Source: Spirochaetaceae bacterium (GTDB taxonomy: Bacteria; Spirochaetota; Spirochaetia; DSM-2461). Taken from it: a stretch of 64,000 bases of DNA. The stretch spans positions 416,001-480,000 of the forward strand of contig JAOPTT010000009.1 in NCBI GenBank assembly GCA_051531975.1, written 5' to 3'. Each line of letters starts with the position of its first letter. Position 1 is the first letter of the stretch. Of the stretch, positions 1-8,988 are shown piece after piece. The notes under the pieces are model-generated. The model was not told the DNA's origin, searched no databases, and saw nothing but the letters and a program-made list of their open reading frames with translations. The translations under genes were made by a program, and so were the position numbers.

Positions 1-836
1 GTAAGTTCCATATCATCATTTAATTTAGTGACATCACTAAAAGTGAACCATTTTTTCCGTATTCTATATTTATCATTTTCACTTAAAGAATCTAGTACTT
101 TGTTGAATATTGAGACTAATTCAGGCCACTCATTATTTAAAGAGAAACAGAGATCATATGGTTCATCAATAGGAAAAGCAACTTCAATTAGTCCACCCAT
201 ACCAATCATAGAAGCTACGTAGAATGCAGTTTCATCTAAAATGGTATAATCCACTTCATTATTTACAACCATTCGAATCATATCGTAAATATCTTTTACA
301 TATTGAATATCTACATCTTTATCTATGCCTTTTATGATATTGATAAAAAACTCATTTCCTATTTGTACTGAGGCTCTATGATCGATAAGATCTTCAATTT
401 TAGTAAATTTATCGGAGTTACCTTTTTTTACAATTACAACAGGCTGTATCGTAACATAAGAGCTTGACTGGTTATAATATTTTTCACGTTCGGTATTATA
501 AGTTTTGCTTGTGGTACTTAGACCATCAAACTCTCTATTACGGGATCTATTTTGTATGTCCTTCCAATTACCTAATTCAAAATTTATATTTAGTCCGGTT
601 TTATTAGTAATTATTTCAGTAATTTCAGCGTCAAAACCACCTATGGAACCATCTATATTTTGAATTAAAAAAGGTTCAAAAGACAAGCTTCCACCTAACT
701 TTATTTGTGGATGTTCAAAGATGAATTGACGCTCTTTTTTTGTTAGAGTTATATTAGTTTCTAGGCTAAAAAGCGGTAGTGTTGGCAGGCACAATATTGT
801 AGATGTATATATAAGAAACAAGAAACTTTTTAACAC
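1..836 (-). CDS. N-terminal part of a BvgS/EvgS-like protein with periplasmic PBP2 (SBP family 3) domain(s), probably a sensor; runs off the left edge; not in ORF track
   Basis: Manual translation from GTG 836 (AAGG upstream): VLKSFLFLIYTSTILCLPTLPLFSLETNITLTKKERQFIFEHPQIKLGGSLSFEPFLIQNIDGSIGGFDAEI..., matching the 'LTxxExxxIxxHPxIxxG' start of PBP2 sensor domains; frame stays open to the edge, where '...RIRKKWF...DDMELT' suggests a second domain beginning. Confidence 0.7.
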   Translation of the reverse strand, partial: MLKSFLFLIYTSTILCLPTLPLFSLETNITLTKKERQFIFEHPQIKLGGSLSFEPFLIQNIDGSIGGFDAEITEIITNKTGLNINFELGNWKDIQNRSRNREFDGLSTTSKTYNTEREKYYNQSSSYVTIQPVVIVKKGNSDKFTKIEDLIDHRASVQIGNEFFINIIKGIDKDVDIQYVKDIYDMIRMVVNNEVDYTILDETAFYVASMIGMGGLIEVAFPIDEPYDLCFSLNNEWPELVSIFNKVLDSLSENDKYRIRKKWFTFSDVTKLNDDMEL

Positions 837-989
837 TAATATCAACCTTAGTTTATTAAGTATATATTTATTGTAGGGCTTAATTTAGTGTAAGTCCAGT
901 TTTTATAATAGGTTCAACCTGGTAATGAAACCTAGTAATCCTATTTCAATATATTTGAAATTATATTAAATCAGACTATAATATATAAT

Positions 990-2489
990 ATGGAAATAGA
1001 AGATTCAGATTACAAGAAGATAAAAGAAAAATATAACCCTTTTATACCACCACTAAAAAAGATGATTAAAAGATCTGGGTTTATAAATTATCTATTCTTT
1101 CATAGATCAAAAATAATCAAGTGGAATAATAATTCTGATCTAATACTTTTTAAATATTTAGGTCTTAAAGTAATGTTAGCAGAAGATTTTAAAAATAGGT
1201 TAGACATGATCTTCTATAACGATCTTTTTAAACTTTCTAATCATTTGAATATTTTAATAGCTCGTGGTTGGAAAATGAATTTTATCTCAATACAAGATTA
1301 TAATATTCTTATTAACTTTAAAAATCTTTATGATAGATTTTATCAGGTCGCCAGATCTGGAGACATTATTAAGCAAGATTTTTTAAATTTAGAGAGGGCT
1401 TATATAAAAATAATCTATAGACAGTCCTATATTGATGCTGTTATATCAGTTTTTGAGAAATATCTAATCACAAATAATAATCTATATATTGATCAGCCAG
1501 AAAAATATGATGTTTTAATGAATGGTCTAAAACATCTTTTTGCTAAAAGCTCTCTACCACACTCTCTACGGGAGCTTATTCTAGCCTATAATATTACAAG
1601 TCTTCAGGGATTTTACCGGTGGGGAGAACTATTTCCACCAATATCTACAGAGGTTGTTCAGAGCGAGTGGTATAACTGCGATAGAGAGGTATATACCAAT
1701 CTTATAAACTATTACAAAGAGATTAAAAAGAGTACAAAATCTTTAACTAAAGATAGGAATAAATTATTAAGACTAAAAAATAATTGTGTTATTGATAAGG
1801 ATATAGCTCCACCAATACTTGTTAATTTTTATGAGAGAGAAAATCATAATTGGGAATTAGATAATTCAAGTTATTATTTGCAGTTTTTAGTTATTGTTGG
1901 GGATATAACTAAGCATTTTGATCAGTTTATTCTTGAAGAGTGGGAGATGATGAATGAGAGAGAGGAGTTAATTAAGCAGAGGTTAATAAGAGACGACGAG
2001 TTGCCTTCACTTCATAGAAAACTTAAAAGAGAAGTTGATATGGCATTTGTAATTTTTAATGCAGATACAGGCCAGACTATCTCTGTAACTGAATATAGGT
2101 CAGATTCTAATCCAATATCACTGATAAAATCAGAACAACAAAAGAATCTATTTTCTTATTTTGAAGTAATACTTGATACTCTTTATGATATATCATTTGG
2201 AATCCTGGGCTATGGGGATCTTGCCATAGAATCTGGTTATACTAAAAATTCATATCTTAATTTTATGTTGGTATCCCCAGAGTTATGGATGGGAAAACCT
2301 ATCTTCTCAATTTTTAATTATTATGTAGAACTAATATGGACGATTTGTGGTTATTTTAATCATAAAGATTTTAAATATTTAGATGAGAATTTAGTAGAAA
2401 TTGAAACGAAGTTACAAGAGATGGAATCTGAAATGAATAGAATTGATACATTTAAAATATTAGATAAAACGGTTGCAGTAGAAAAATGA
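990..2489 (+). CDS. Hypothetical soluble protein, 499 aa
   Basis: Long ORF with no motif I recognise; ATGA overlap with the next gene. Confidence 0.6.
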   Translation: MEIEDSDYKKIKEKYNPFIPPLKKMIKRSGFINYLFFHRSKIIKWNNNSDLILFKYLGLKVMLAEDFKNRLDMIFYNDLFKLSNHLNILIARGWKMNFISIQDYNILINFKNLYDRFYQVARSGDIIKQDFLNLERAYIKIIYRQSYIDAVISVFEKYLITNNNLYIDQPEKYDVLMNGLKHLFAKSSLPHSLRELILAYNITSLQGFYRWGELFPPISTEVVQSEWYNCDREVYTNLINYYKEIKKSTKSLTKDRNKLLRLKNNCVIDKDIAPPILVNFYERENHNWELDNSSYYLQFLVIVGDITKHFDQFILEEWEMMNEREELIKQRLIRDDELPSLHRKLKREVDMAFVIFNADTGQTISVTEYRSDSNPISLIKSEQQKNLFSYFEVILDTLYDISFGILGYGDLAIESGYTKNSYLNFMLVSPELWMGKPIFSIFNYYVELIWTICGYFNHKDFKYLDENLVEIETKLQEMESEMNRIDTFKILDKTVAVEK

Positions 2490-2875
2490 AAGATTATATA
2501 TTAAGTAGTCAGTACTATTTTATTAAAGTTTTAATTATTGACGAAGTTCTATACACAAAGCGAAATCTGTCAAAAGAGTTTCGAGATATAGGTTGTTTTG
2601 TTTTTTCAGCTAATAGTGGAGCAGATGCTATAGATAAAATTAAAAAGTACAAACCAGATATTATAACAATAAACCGTGACCTAACCGATATGACAATGGA
2701 ATGCCTAATAAACCAAGTTTTAACTTTTGTTAGTAGAGCTTCTACTAAAATAATATTAGTGACTACTAAAAAAGATGACCAGCCTAAACTACCCCCATAT
2801 ATTGATGGTTTTATCAGTCTTCCAATATCAAAGCAAGATCTAGAAAACCTTGTTAATAGGAATTGTTATCGGTAA
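2486..2875 (+). CDS. Single-domain receiver (CheY-like), atypical/pseudo-receiver
   Basis: KVLIIDE...ANSGADAIDKIKKYKPDIITINRDL...KIILVT; phosphoacceptor position appears to be N and the conserved Lys position L (FISLP). Confidence 0.75.
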   Translation: MKDYILSSQYYFIKVLIIDEVLYTKRNLSKEFRDIGCFVFSANSGADAIDKIKKYKPDIITINRDLTDMTMECLINQVLTFVSRASTKIILVTTKKDDQPKLPPYIDGFISLPISKQDLENLVNRNCYR

Positions 2876-3105
2876 AGGCTAGAAATATAGGTTAAATATT
2901 CGTCAAAAATACGAAAAAAATAAAATAAATTGTGTTTGTAGATAAAACCCCCTATAATTTCATATTAGGAACTCAATATAAAGAGTCTTTTAACATTATT
3001 CATTATAGTTATGCTATTACTTGCTTTAGATTAACTATTGATGAAAAAAAGATAACTCTAGATTTATCATTAGTTATCTATCTTTAGTAGGGATAAAATT
3101 GAATT

Positions 3106-3939
3106 ATGGAAAACAGAGGATTTTTTAGTAAAGGAATTATAGAATTAAAAGAATCTAATTATAAAAGTATTGAGGATATTACATTTTCAAAACTTTTGTT
3201 TTTAGTATTAAACAGACAGATTGGGATAGAGAAGTCAATAATAATAGATTTTACCCCCTCTTTTCCAATCTCTCTTAAACCTGAATATCAATATGAAATT
3301 TTTATTTCAAAACATCTAAAATATTTTAAGGATTTTTTAACAGAAATGGGTCTAGAAAGCATTTCATATTCAAATATTGACTTTGAATTACCTGAAGATG
3401 ATACTACAAAAATCGTTAAAAATGTAAAAAAGACATTACTATTATCGGCATTTAGTTTTTATAAACTAATTGACTCCTATGTTAATAAACATGTAAATAG
3501 TTCCTACCTAATTCATCAATTGCATGACAATACGGTATGCGAATCACAACATATTGTTGATAAGAGTGGATTGGCCTTTCCAGACTATTATGAGCCACTA
3601 TCAGGTGAGCTTTTTAATGAAAAACTAAATGACTTTAATTACGAATTATCTCTAGTATATAAAAATTATACATTAACCGATAAAGGTGAACTTATAAAAA
3701 AAGAGTTTATAAAAAAAGCTGTTTACGATTGCATTAACTGTAATCTATGTAATAAAAATTGTCCTTTAAATATCTATCCACAATTCTATTATCACTATTT
3801 AGAAGCCGATTTTATTGAGGATGTAGAAAAGCTTCTTATCACAAAATGTAATACCTGTGGAATATGTTCATTTGTATGCCCATCTAATATTCCAATTACC
3901 CAAAAGATATCAGAATATTTGAATGAGAGGGAGGAGTAA
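3106..3939 (+). CDS. Truncated RnfC/NqrA-like subunit with C-terminal 2x[4Fe-4S] domain
   Basis: CINCNLCNKNCP and CNTCGICSFVCPSNIP as in the RnfC C-terminus; only 277 aa; first gene of an rnf/nqr-like operon. Confidence 0.75.
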   Translation: MENRGFFSKGIIELKESNYKSIEDITFSKLLFLVLNRQIGIEKSIIIDFTPSFPISLKPEYQYEIFISKHLKYFKDFLTEMGLESISYSNIDFELPEDDTTKIVKNVKKTLLLSAFSFYKLIDSYVNKHVNSSYLIHQLHDNTVCESQHIVDKSGLAFPDYYEPLSGELFNEKLNDFNYELSLVYKNYTLTDKGELIKKEFIKKAVYDCINCNLCNKNCPLNIYPQFYYHYLEADFIEDVEKLLITKCNTCGICSFVCPSNIPITQKISEYLNEREE

Positions 3940-4853
3940 TGGATATACATAAAAGAAACGATCTATTGCTAATAAGTAGCTTGGCTTTATTAAACGTTGG
4001 GTCATTATTAAAATATGGATATAAAAGAATCGTTTTAATATCAATAATAATTATTATAGCTAAACTATTTGAAATAGTTGTGAGGGGCATTACAAAAAGT
4101 AATCGAAATTTCTCACCAATATGGATCTTACTTATATCCCCTCTGATATTACCTCCACTACTACCGACGTATATGGTTGTTAGTTCAGTAATTTTTGGTT
4201 TATTAATTGGAGTAGTTTTTTTTGGAGGAGAAGGTCGAGAAATAATATCGCCTATTGCTCTTATTTGGGGTTTTGCAGCACTAAGTTTTCCTGTTATATA
4301 TAATCAGAGTTGGGTATTCCCATTTCCAGGTATATCTCTAGATATCTCTAGGGATTTAGCAACCATGCCACTATTTGAAAACCATATTGAGTTTGTTAAA
4401 ACTTCTAATATAGATATCTATAATTTTCTTACAGGTAATATCCCGGGAACTCCAGGATCTGCAATACCAATATTGATTATTATAATTGGTATTATATTTG
4501 CTATATTTAAAATAATAGATCTGAAGCTTTGTCTTACATTTATTATTTCAACTATTCTAATATCAACATTTATAGTTTATGGAAGTTTTGTAGATTCTTT
4601 AAAATATCTGCTTTCTGGAAATTTCCTTCTAGTGGCTTTTATTATTTTACCTTTAAAAAAACATGGACCTAAAACAACTGGTGGAAGTTATATTATTGGG
4701 ATTTTAGGTGCAATACTTCTTTTAACCATAAATAGATTCTCAAGTTATTTTGATGGTTCACTGTTTACTGTTTTGATTCTTAATATATTCATTCCTATTA
4801 TTGATGATGCTGTTCTTAAATTTAAAGTGATCAAGAGGGGGAAATATGCTTAA
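3939..4853 (+). CDS. RnfD/NqrB family membrane subunit (divergent)
   Basis: Polytopic; LILPPLLP, FFGGEG..ISP, FLTGNIPGTPG, PKTTGG, ILNIFIPIID; operon position. Confidence 0.8.
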   Translation: MDIHKRNDLLLISSLALLNVGSLLKYGYKRIVLISIIIIIAKLFEIVVRGITKSNRNFSPIWILLISPLILPPLLPTYMVVSSVIFGLLIGVVFFGGEGREIISPIALIWGFAALSFPVIYNQSWVFPFPGISLDISRDLATMPLFENHIEFVKTSNIDIYNFLTGNIPGTPGSAIPILIIIIGIIFAIFKIIDLKLCLTFIISTILISTFIVYGSFVDSLKYLLSGNFLLVAFIILPLKKHGPKTTGGSYIIGILGAILLLTINRFSSYFDGSLFTVLILNIFIPIIDDAVLKFKVIKRGKYA

Positions 4854-5433
4854 AGATCTAAAAATGATTCTGTTTCTTGTAATACTCTCTTCTACTTCTA
4901 TTTTACTTTTGGCATATGTTAATACTATTTATTTAGGTTTTGAAGGGGAAAGATCATTAGATCTATATAGACTCATTATGGATAAATATCAAATTTCCTA
5001 CGGTGATGATGTATTGGATACTTTTAGCAGTAATTTTAATATAATAACCAGAGGGGATAGAAAATATTTTGTTTCTCAAACTAATAGATCAGGTTCTGTT
5101 GTTTTAGTAAGAGAAGGCCCTGGTTTATGGAGTATATTAGAACTTCTGATTATTGTTCAAAGTGATCTTAAATCTCTAGAATCGATTACAGTATTATCCC
5201 AGGGAGAGACTCCTGGTCTTGGTGGGAGAGTTACCGAGAGGGAATTTTTGGATCAATTCGAAAATATTTTAGTTAGACCCCAATTATCCATTGTTAAAAG
5301 AGCAAAAAAAGATAATGAAGTTGATGCAATTTCTGGAGCTACAGCTACAAGTAAAGGTGTCGAAGATATAATAAACATTGCCATTTCATTTTTAGACAAA
5401 GATATTAGGGAGGAACTAAATGTCCCAGAATAA
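4846..5433 (+). CDS. RnfG/NqrC family FMN-binding subunit
   Basis: N-terminal TM, GPGLWS, GETPGLGG, VDAISGATATSKGV (intact SGAT flavinylation motif). Confidence 0.9.
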   Translation: MLKDLKMILFLVILSSTSILLLAYVNTIYLGFEGERSLDLYRLIMDKYQISYGDDVLDTFSSNFNIITRGDRKYFVSQTNRSGSVVLVREGPGLWSILELLIIVQSDLKSLESITVLSQGETPGLGGRVTEREFLDQFENILVRPQLSIVKRAKKDNEVDAISGATATSKGVEDIINIAISFLDKDIREELNVPE

Positions 5434-6028
5434 AGTTGATATACTAAAGGATGGTATTTGGGCTAATAATCCAATTTTTAGAATGGCCTTAGGTCTGTGT
5501 TCTACTTTAGCTGTTACTAATTTACTTTTAAATACACTTATTATGGCAGCTGCTGTAACAGTAACATTGATTTTAAACTCAATAATAGTTTCTGCTTTAA
5601 GAAATATAATCCCTGAAAAGATAAGAATGATTAGTTATATGATTATTACTTCAGCACTGGTAATAATTATAGATATGGTTATTAAGATCTACTACCCGGA
5701 GATTAGTAAACAACTAGGACCATATGTTGCCCTAATTATTACTAACTGTATTATTATGGGTAGAGCAGAGGCTTTCGCAATAAATAATGGAGTGGTAGAT
5801 AGCTTTTTAGATGCAGTTTCTATAGGTATTGGGTACTCTTTATCTCTAATTGCCTTAGCGATTGTTCGGGAACTTTTAGGATTTGGAACACTTCTTGGAT
5901 ACACAGTAACCAAGGATCTTTTTGCTCCATTTAATCTTCTAAGTATTCCTCCCGGAGCCTTTTTTATGCTGGGAATATTTATTTTAATTGTTAATACTAT
6001 AACTAATAGAAAAGGAGGCCAGGAATGA
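5420..6028 (+). CDS. RnfE/NqrD family membrane subunit
   Basis: NNPIFRMALGLCSTLAVT, LIITNCIIMGRAEAFA, PPGAFF; both conserved Cys present. Confidence 0.93.
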   Translation: MSQNKVDILKDGIWANNPIFRMALGLCSTLAVTNLLLNTLIMAAAVTVTLILNSIIVSALRNIIPEKIRMISYMIITSALVIIIDMVIKIYYPEISKQLGPYVALIITNCIIMGRAEAFAINNGVVDSFLDAVSIGIGYSLSLIALAIVRELLGFGTLLGYTVTKDLFAPFNLLSIPPGAFFMLGIFILIVNTITNRKGGQE

Positions 6029-6600
6029 ATTTTTTACTGATTCTTTTTGTTTCAATGATTACTGGGAATATAGCATTAACCTACTTTTTAGGAATGTGTC
6101 CTTTTGTTTCAATGTCAAAAAAAATTGAAGTTGCTACTGGTATGGGATTAGCTGTTACACTTGTTATGGTGATTACAGCTGGAGCCAACTATTTAATAAA
6201 TACTTACATCCTAAAACCAATGGGTCTTGAGTTTTTAAGCTTTCTTGTTTTTATAGTTACAATTGCAACACTAGTTCAAATATTAGAGATCTATATAGAT
6301 CGGTATGCACCTCTTCTTTATGCATCATTTGGTATATTTTTACCTCTAATAACTGTTAACTGCTCAATTTTAGGTGTCTCTTTATTAATGAACCTACGAT
6401 CTTATACCTTAGCAGAGACACTTGTGTTTTCTTTAGGTTCTGGTCTTGGTTGGTTATTAGCTATTATTACAATGGGAGCTTTAAGAAGAAGGTTGGCATT
6501 TTCAACCCCACTTAAAGGTTTTGGCGATACTGGTATTACTGCAATTTTGGCAGGTATAATGGCTATGGCTTTTATGGGATTTTCGGGGGTAGGTAGATGA
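6025..6600 (+). CDS. RnfA/NqrE family membrane subunit
   Basis: NIALTYFLGMCPF, GMGLAVTLVM, GIFLPLITVNCSILG, AGIMAMAFMGFSG; both conserved Cys present. Confidence 0.93.
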   Translation: MNFLLILFVSMITGNIALTYFLGMCPFVSMSKKIEVATGMGLAVTLVMVITAGANYLINTYILKPMGLEFLSFLVFIVTIATLVQILEIYIDRYAPLLYASFGIFLPLITVNCSILGVSLLMNLRSYTLAETLVFSLGSGLGWLLAIITMGALRRRLAFSTPLKGFGDTGITAILAGIMAMAFMGFSGVGR

Positions 6601-7670
6601 TTCTAAATGCTCTTCTTTTTATAAATATATTTTCTGTTGTTATATGTTTAATAATTATCTTCTTAGATAGGGTTATATCAAATTATGGTATTTTAAAGGT
6701 AAATATAAACGACGAAGAGACTTTTGAAGTTAATGGTGGGAAACCCCTTTCTAAAGAGCTTATACATAATAAAATACTTATTCCTTCAGCATGTGGTGGT
6801 AAGGGAACCTGTGGCTTTTGTAAGTTAAGGGTTGTAGAAGGTGGAGGAACTGTTTTACCTCTAGAGAGGACTATCTTAGATAGAAAAGAGATCTCTAATG
6901 GTTTTAGGCTTTCTTGTCAGGTAAAAGTTCGAGAGGACTTAAAAATATATATTCCAGACGAGTATTTTAATATAAAAGAGTATAATGCCATTGTTACAAC
7001 TTCTGATATGGTAACATCTGATATTAAAAAAATAAATTTAAAATTACTTGAACCAACGGATATAACTTTTAAACCAGGGCAGTATGTCCAGGTCCACTTC
7101 GGAGTTGGAAAAAACAGTGAAATTAGAGCATACTCAATATCTTCTAGCCCTGATGTTCACGATAGTGTTGAACTTAATATTAAAAAAATACCGGAAGGTT
7201 TAGGTTCTGGATTTCTACATAAATTAAAAGTTAATGATAAAATTACTATTTCAGGTCCATATGGAGACTTCTACCTTAAAGAATCAAAGGCAAAAATAAT
7301 ATGTGTCTCTGGAGGAGTTGGATTAGCACCATTAAAATCTATTGCAGCATATTGGGAGAATAATTGTCCAGATAGGATAATTGACTTTTATTATGGAGCA
7401 AGAACAATAGCAGACTTATATGATCATGAACTCTTTCTTGATTATGAAAGAAAATATGAGAACTTTAATTATTACCCTGCATTGTCAGATGCAGATGATA
7501 ATTGGACTGGTGCTACAGGTTTTATTCATAACATTATTAAACAACATCTTGATACTGATGGAGAAAAAGAAGGTTATCTTTGTGGTCCACCAATTATGAT
7601 AGATGCATCTATAAAAGTATTAATAGAAAAGGGAGTCCACATTGAAAAGATCTGGTATGACAAGTTTTAA
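6597..7670 (+). CDS. nqrF: NqrF-like NADH-oxidising subunit (TM anchor, [2Fe-2S], FAD/NAD-binding FNR domain)
   Basis: N-terminal TM; IPSACGGKGTCGFC...RLSCQVKV; RAYSISS; ISGPYGDF; GGVGLAP; YLCGPPIMI; terminal YDKF. Confidence 0.88.
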   Translation: MILNALLFINIFSVVICLIIIFLDRVISNYGILKVNINDEETFEVNGGKPLSKELIHNKILIPSACGGKGTCGFCKLRVVEGGGTVLPLERTILDRKEISNGFRLSCQVKVREDLKIYIPDEYFNIKEYNAIVTTSDMVTSDIKKINLKLLEPTDITFKPGQYVQVHFGVGKNSEIRAYSISSSPDVHDSVELNIKKIPEGLGSGFLHKLKVNDKITISGPYGDFYLKESKAKIICVSGGVGLAPLKSIAAYWENNCPDRIIDFYYGARTIADLYDHELFLDYERKYENFNYYPALSDADDNWTGATGFIHNIIKQHLDTDGEKEGYLCGPPIMIDASIKVLIEKGVHIEKIWYDKF

Positions 7671-8988
7671 AATAACTAAGTATATAATCTTTATTGTAGC
7701 TATACTATTTTTTAATAGTTGCTTAGTTAAAAAAAATCCAACACTACTTATCGGTACATCAAATGCTAAAGTAAGCGAGGAGACAAGAACATGTCTTGAG
7801 TGTCATACCGAGGAGATGCCTGGTATTGTAAATCAGTGGGAAGATGGTTCCCATGGTAAGGAAGGTATCGGGTGTTTTGAATGTCATGGTGCAGAACCTA
7901 CCGATGTAGATGCAATGGAACATAATGGTTTTACTATTGCTATTATTGTTTCTCCTGCGGATTGTGGAGTATGCCATGAGTTAGAGGCATCTCAATTTTT
8001 AAGCTCACATCACTCTAAAGCTGGTGAAGTTTTAGGTTCTTTGGATAACTACTTAGGTGAAATTGTTGAGGGTGGTCCTGCATCAATTTCAGGATGCCAA
8101 GCCTGTCACGGTTCCTATGTTGAGGTTGAAGAAAATGGTGAACTTAGTGCTGCTACATGGCCAAACTTTGGTGTAGGTCGGGTTAATCCTGATGGTACTT
8201 CTGGTTCCTGTGCATCTTGTCACTCAAGGCATTCAATGAAAAAATCTCAAGCAAGAGACCCTGATACATGTGGTAAATGTCACCTTGGTCCAGATCATCC
8301 TCAGATAGAGATATATAGAAGTTCTAAACATGGGATGATGTACCTAAATAACAAGGATGATATGAACATGGATAGCGATCAGTGGATACCGGGAGAAGAT
8401 TATAACGCAGCTCCAACCTGTGCAACCTGTCATCTATCAGAAACTAAAAATCTTCCTGTTACTCATGATATTGGTAGCAGACTTTCGGTAAATATAAGGG
8501 CACCGATCTCTTTCCCTACAGAAAATGCTGAGGAAAAACGTGATAGTATGAAGGATGTTTGTCTAAGTTGTCATGGAACTGATTTTGTTGATAACTTTTA
8601 TAAACAGTACGATGCTGGAATTGACCTATATAATAATAAGTTTGCAATACCTGCAACAGAAGTCATGAATGAACTAAAAGCAGATGGACTAGTTGATCCT
8701 ATTCAGTTTAATGAAGAGATTGAGTGGGCATATTGGCATCTATGGCATCATGAAGGTCGAAGAGCAAGAAATGGATATGCAATGTTAAGTCCTGATTATG
8801 TTCAATGGCATGGAATGTATGAGGTAGCTGAACGATTTTACTTTGAACTTTTACCTGAAGCAGAGCACTATAAACCTGGTATAATGGATGAAATAATGTC
8901 TAGACCAGAACATCGATGGTTTAGTGGTGATCTTGATGAATCAACACGAGAGGAAGTAAAAAGAATTGAGACACAAAAATATAAATAG
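7642..8988 (+). CDS. Octaheme cytochrome c of the hydroxylamine oxidoreductase (HAO) family, probable lipoprotein (alternative start ATG 7657)
   Basis: Eight CxxCH motifs (CLECH, CFECH, CGVCH, CQACH, CASCH, CGKCH, CATCH, CLSCH); HAO hallmarks CHLGPDHPQIEIYRSSKHG, APTCATCH, WHHEGRRAR; N-terminal hydrophobic stretch ending FFNSC. Confidence 0.92.
   Translation: MKRSGMTSFKITKYIIFIVAILFFNSCLVKKNPTLLIGTSNAKVSEETRTCLECHTEEMPGIVNQWEDGSHGKEGIGCFECHGAEPTDVDAMEHNGFTIAIIVSPADCGVCHELEASQFLSSHHSKAGEVLGSLDNYLGEIVEGGPASISGCQACHGSYVEVEENGELSAATWPNFGVGRVNPDGTSGSCASCHSRHSMKKSQARDPDTCGKCHLGPDHPQIEIYRSSKHGMMYLNNKDDMNMDSDQWIPGEDYNAAPTCATCHLSETKNLPVTHDIGSRLSVNIRAPISFPTENAEEKRDSMKDVCLSCHGTDFVDNFYKQYDAGIDLYNNKFAIPATEVMNELKADGLVDPIQFNEEIEWAYWHLWHHEGRRARNGYAMLSPDYVQWHGMYEVAERFYFELLPEAEHYKPGIMDEIMSRPEHRWFSGDLDESTREEVKRIETQKYK

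Noticed and set aside
28..222. 64-aa plus-strand ORF in the track
   Set aside because: Antisense shadow of the real minus-strand PBP2 sensor gene (1-836)
3050..3079. Inverted repeat AGATAACT...AGTTATCT upstream of the redox operon
   Set aside because: Could be an operator but matches no FNR/Rex/NsrR consensus I know and is short for AT-rich DNA; insufficient support
4332..4351. 10-bp tandem repeat ATATCTCTAG x2 just before the degenerate flavinylation motif
   Set aside because: Removing one copy creates an immediate stop, so it is not a simple recent duplication; likely chance in AT-rich DNA
3106..7670. Calling the operon a canonical rnfCDGEAB or nqrABCDEF
   Set aside because: No RnfB; last subunit is NqrF-like; first subunit keeps RnfC-type clusters but is truncated. 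Neither label fits, so symbols were withheld except nqrF
7642..8988. Evidence for ammonia oxidation or anammox (true HAO/HZO)
   Set aside because: Cross-link Tyr position appears to be Trp; no amo, cycA/cycB or hzs genes; context is NADH-fed and reductive
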